The notes beneath the pieces were generated by a model. That model saw nothing but the letters and a program-made list of their open reading frames with translations, made no database searches and was not told the origin of the DNA. This document shows, one piece after another, positions 62,455-64,000 of a stretch of DNA of 64,000 nt. Source of the stretch: the human T2T-CHM13v2.0 reference genome, Homo sapiens; assembly GCF_009914755.1 (NCBI RefSeq), contig NC_060944.1. The stretch is one strand, 5' to 3'. The position numbers and the translations under genes are program-made. How positions within the stretch are numbered: the first letter of the stretch is position 1; every line of letters starts with the position of its first letter.

Positions 62455-63049
62455 TAACTTTTTAAGGTAAAATATAAGTTTTTGCAAAAATATGATAAGC
62501 TTTGCACCATTTAGTGTGGAATATAAGACATGACAGATTGTCGTCAGTCTCCCTTTCACTGCATGTGAGCTTCCAGAGAAAAATTTATGGGTGTTCCTGG
62601 GATTGGGGTTGGACTTGCCTAATTGCCTAGATTGGGAGTTTGGTAAACTTCTCCTGCTGGACGTGGAGGAGGGGCTGAGCCTTGGGCTGCATTCTCTGCA
62701 CCCACCTCTAGTAGGCCTCCCAGGACCACCCACCGCCCAGCACCTGCCCTGGTTGCCAGGGAAACAGCCCTTTATCGAGTGGAGCCATCCCCAACTCAGC
62801 CCAGTGATTTGTCCTTGTCTAATTATTATTACTCTTTGCATTTTCCTTTTGGATGAGTGATGGGGGAGGGTCGGGGGGGGGTGGGAGGGTGCAGGAGCAG
62901 AGGAGCAGTGATTTGTGGGGCTGGCAGCTTATCTTTGAGAGGAGGACATTTATCTTTCTGGAAGCAGAAAACCGCCCAATGGAGACAAATTCAGCAGTTC
63001 CTGAGTGGTTCTGTTTGTGGATTCACACACTGATCTGGAGTTACCGACC

Positions 63050-63570
63050 TGGAATTGCATGTGCACGTGGGTTTGGGGTGTGGGAATGTGCGCACGTAGC
63101 AAGCAGACCTCTCAGAGTGGCTCTGTCCAGAGCCACAGTCCTGTGAGCGTGTCTGTGGTTATTGTGTGCTCACTGTGTACAGCTCCTAAAATGGTATGTG
63201 CACACGTCTGCATGTGTCTGAATGTGTGTGCACACTTTGACTAGACTAGGCAACCTAGGTGTGCCTGCTTGCATGCACTCATGTGATAACATGTGGCTGT
63301 GTGTGCACATTGTAGACAAAGCAAGGAAAAGCTGGGTGGGTACAGATTGAATATGTAGCTATCAAATGTGTTTGTCTTCATGGGGCTCTGTGTGTAGGGC
63401 CTGAGCACATGTGTAGCCAACTTCTGAGCAGGCCTGCATGTGAACATTGTACACATTGTTATGAGAACCAAAAAATAGACCGTAAAATCAGGGTGCTGAC
63501 CTAAGCCAGAGACACCTGAGATGAAGGCATAGGGTTTGGATAGTATGGAAGATATGCACACTGCACATTT
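63050..63570. repeat. Degenerate TG/CA-rich low-complexity tract
   Basis: gcatgtg / tgtgcacac units. Confidence 0.65.
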
Positions 63571-63584
63571 TAGTAGCTGGGGTA

Positions 63585-64000
63585 GATTGCAATAACATCC
63601 CCACTCATTTGTCCCTGCCCGAATCCTTGCCCTTTCAATGTGACTTTGCAGTTCCTCCTAATAGAAGATAAAGTCTATTCCCCTACCGTCTTGACCTGGA
63701 CTGGACTTGAAACTTGCTTTGGGCAATAGAATGAAGTGGAAGGGACAATGAGTCAGTTCTGAGCCTAGGCCTCAAGACAGCTGGCAGCTTCCACTAGCTC
63801 TTTTAGAACTGTGCCCAGCTGCACATGAACAAGGCTCAGCTAGGCTGCTGGAGGATGAGGGACCATTAGAGACTAGGGGGAGAACAGCCCCAGTTATCCT
63901 GGCTGCAGCCATCCTACACCATCTTAGAGCCAACTGACTTGCAAATACATGAGAGAGTCCGGCCAAGACCAGCAGAGCTGCCCTTCCTAACCTTTAGTTG
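63585..64000 (+). mobile_element. MLT1-family MaLR LTR (runs off the window)
   Basis: aatgtgactttgcagttcctcc; ttgctttgggcaatagaatg; gttctgagcctaggcctcaaga. Confidence 0.7.

Overview
Human-type (primate) genomic DNA. Bases ~2.2-35.8 kb hold the 3' part of DHX35, a DEAH-box RNA helicase gene on the + strand. I could rebuild 11 coding exons from GT-AG splice sites with consistent phases. They total 1101 nt (366 aa plus stop) and cover RecA2 motifs V/VI, the HA2 region, the OB-fold and the C-terminus ...KAKRAKVQDP*. A ~1.2 kb 3' UTR follows and appears to end at non-canonical poly(A) signals. The rest (~36-64 kb) has no credible protein-coding gene. It is rich in repeats (Alu, L1, L2, MIR, MaLR LTRs, DNA transposons). 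It also contains an orphan CpG island at ~45.9-46.5 kb with promoter motifs and splice sites, a near-consensus CTCF site at 44263-44281, G4 motifs and long non-B-DNA tracts. I see no CRISPR array, prokaryotic system or structural RNA gene, and no clear-cut new multi-gene system. The best leads are: (i) candidate alternative processing of DHX35 (an in-frame 51-nt donor extension, a skippable 72-nt exon between inverted Alus, an intronic poly(A) site and an Alu exon that would swap the C-terminus); (ii) the CTCF / orphan-island / candidate lncRNA unit; (iii) an intronic MADE1 hairpin resembling miR-548. Exon numbers and repeat subfamily names come from recall and visual matching, not database searches. 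Repeat boundaries are approximate.
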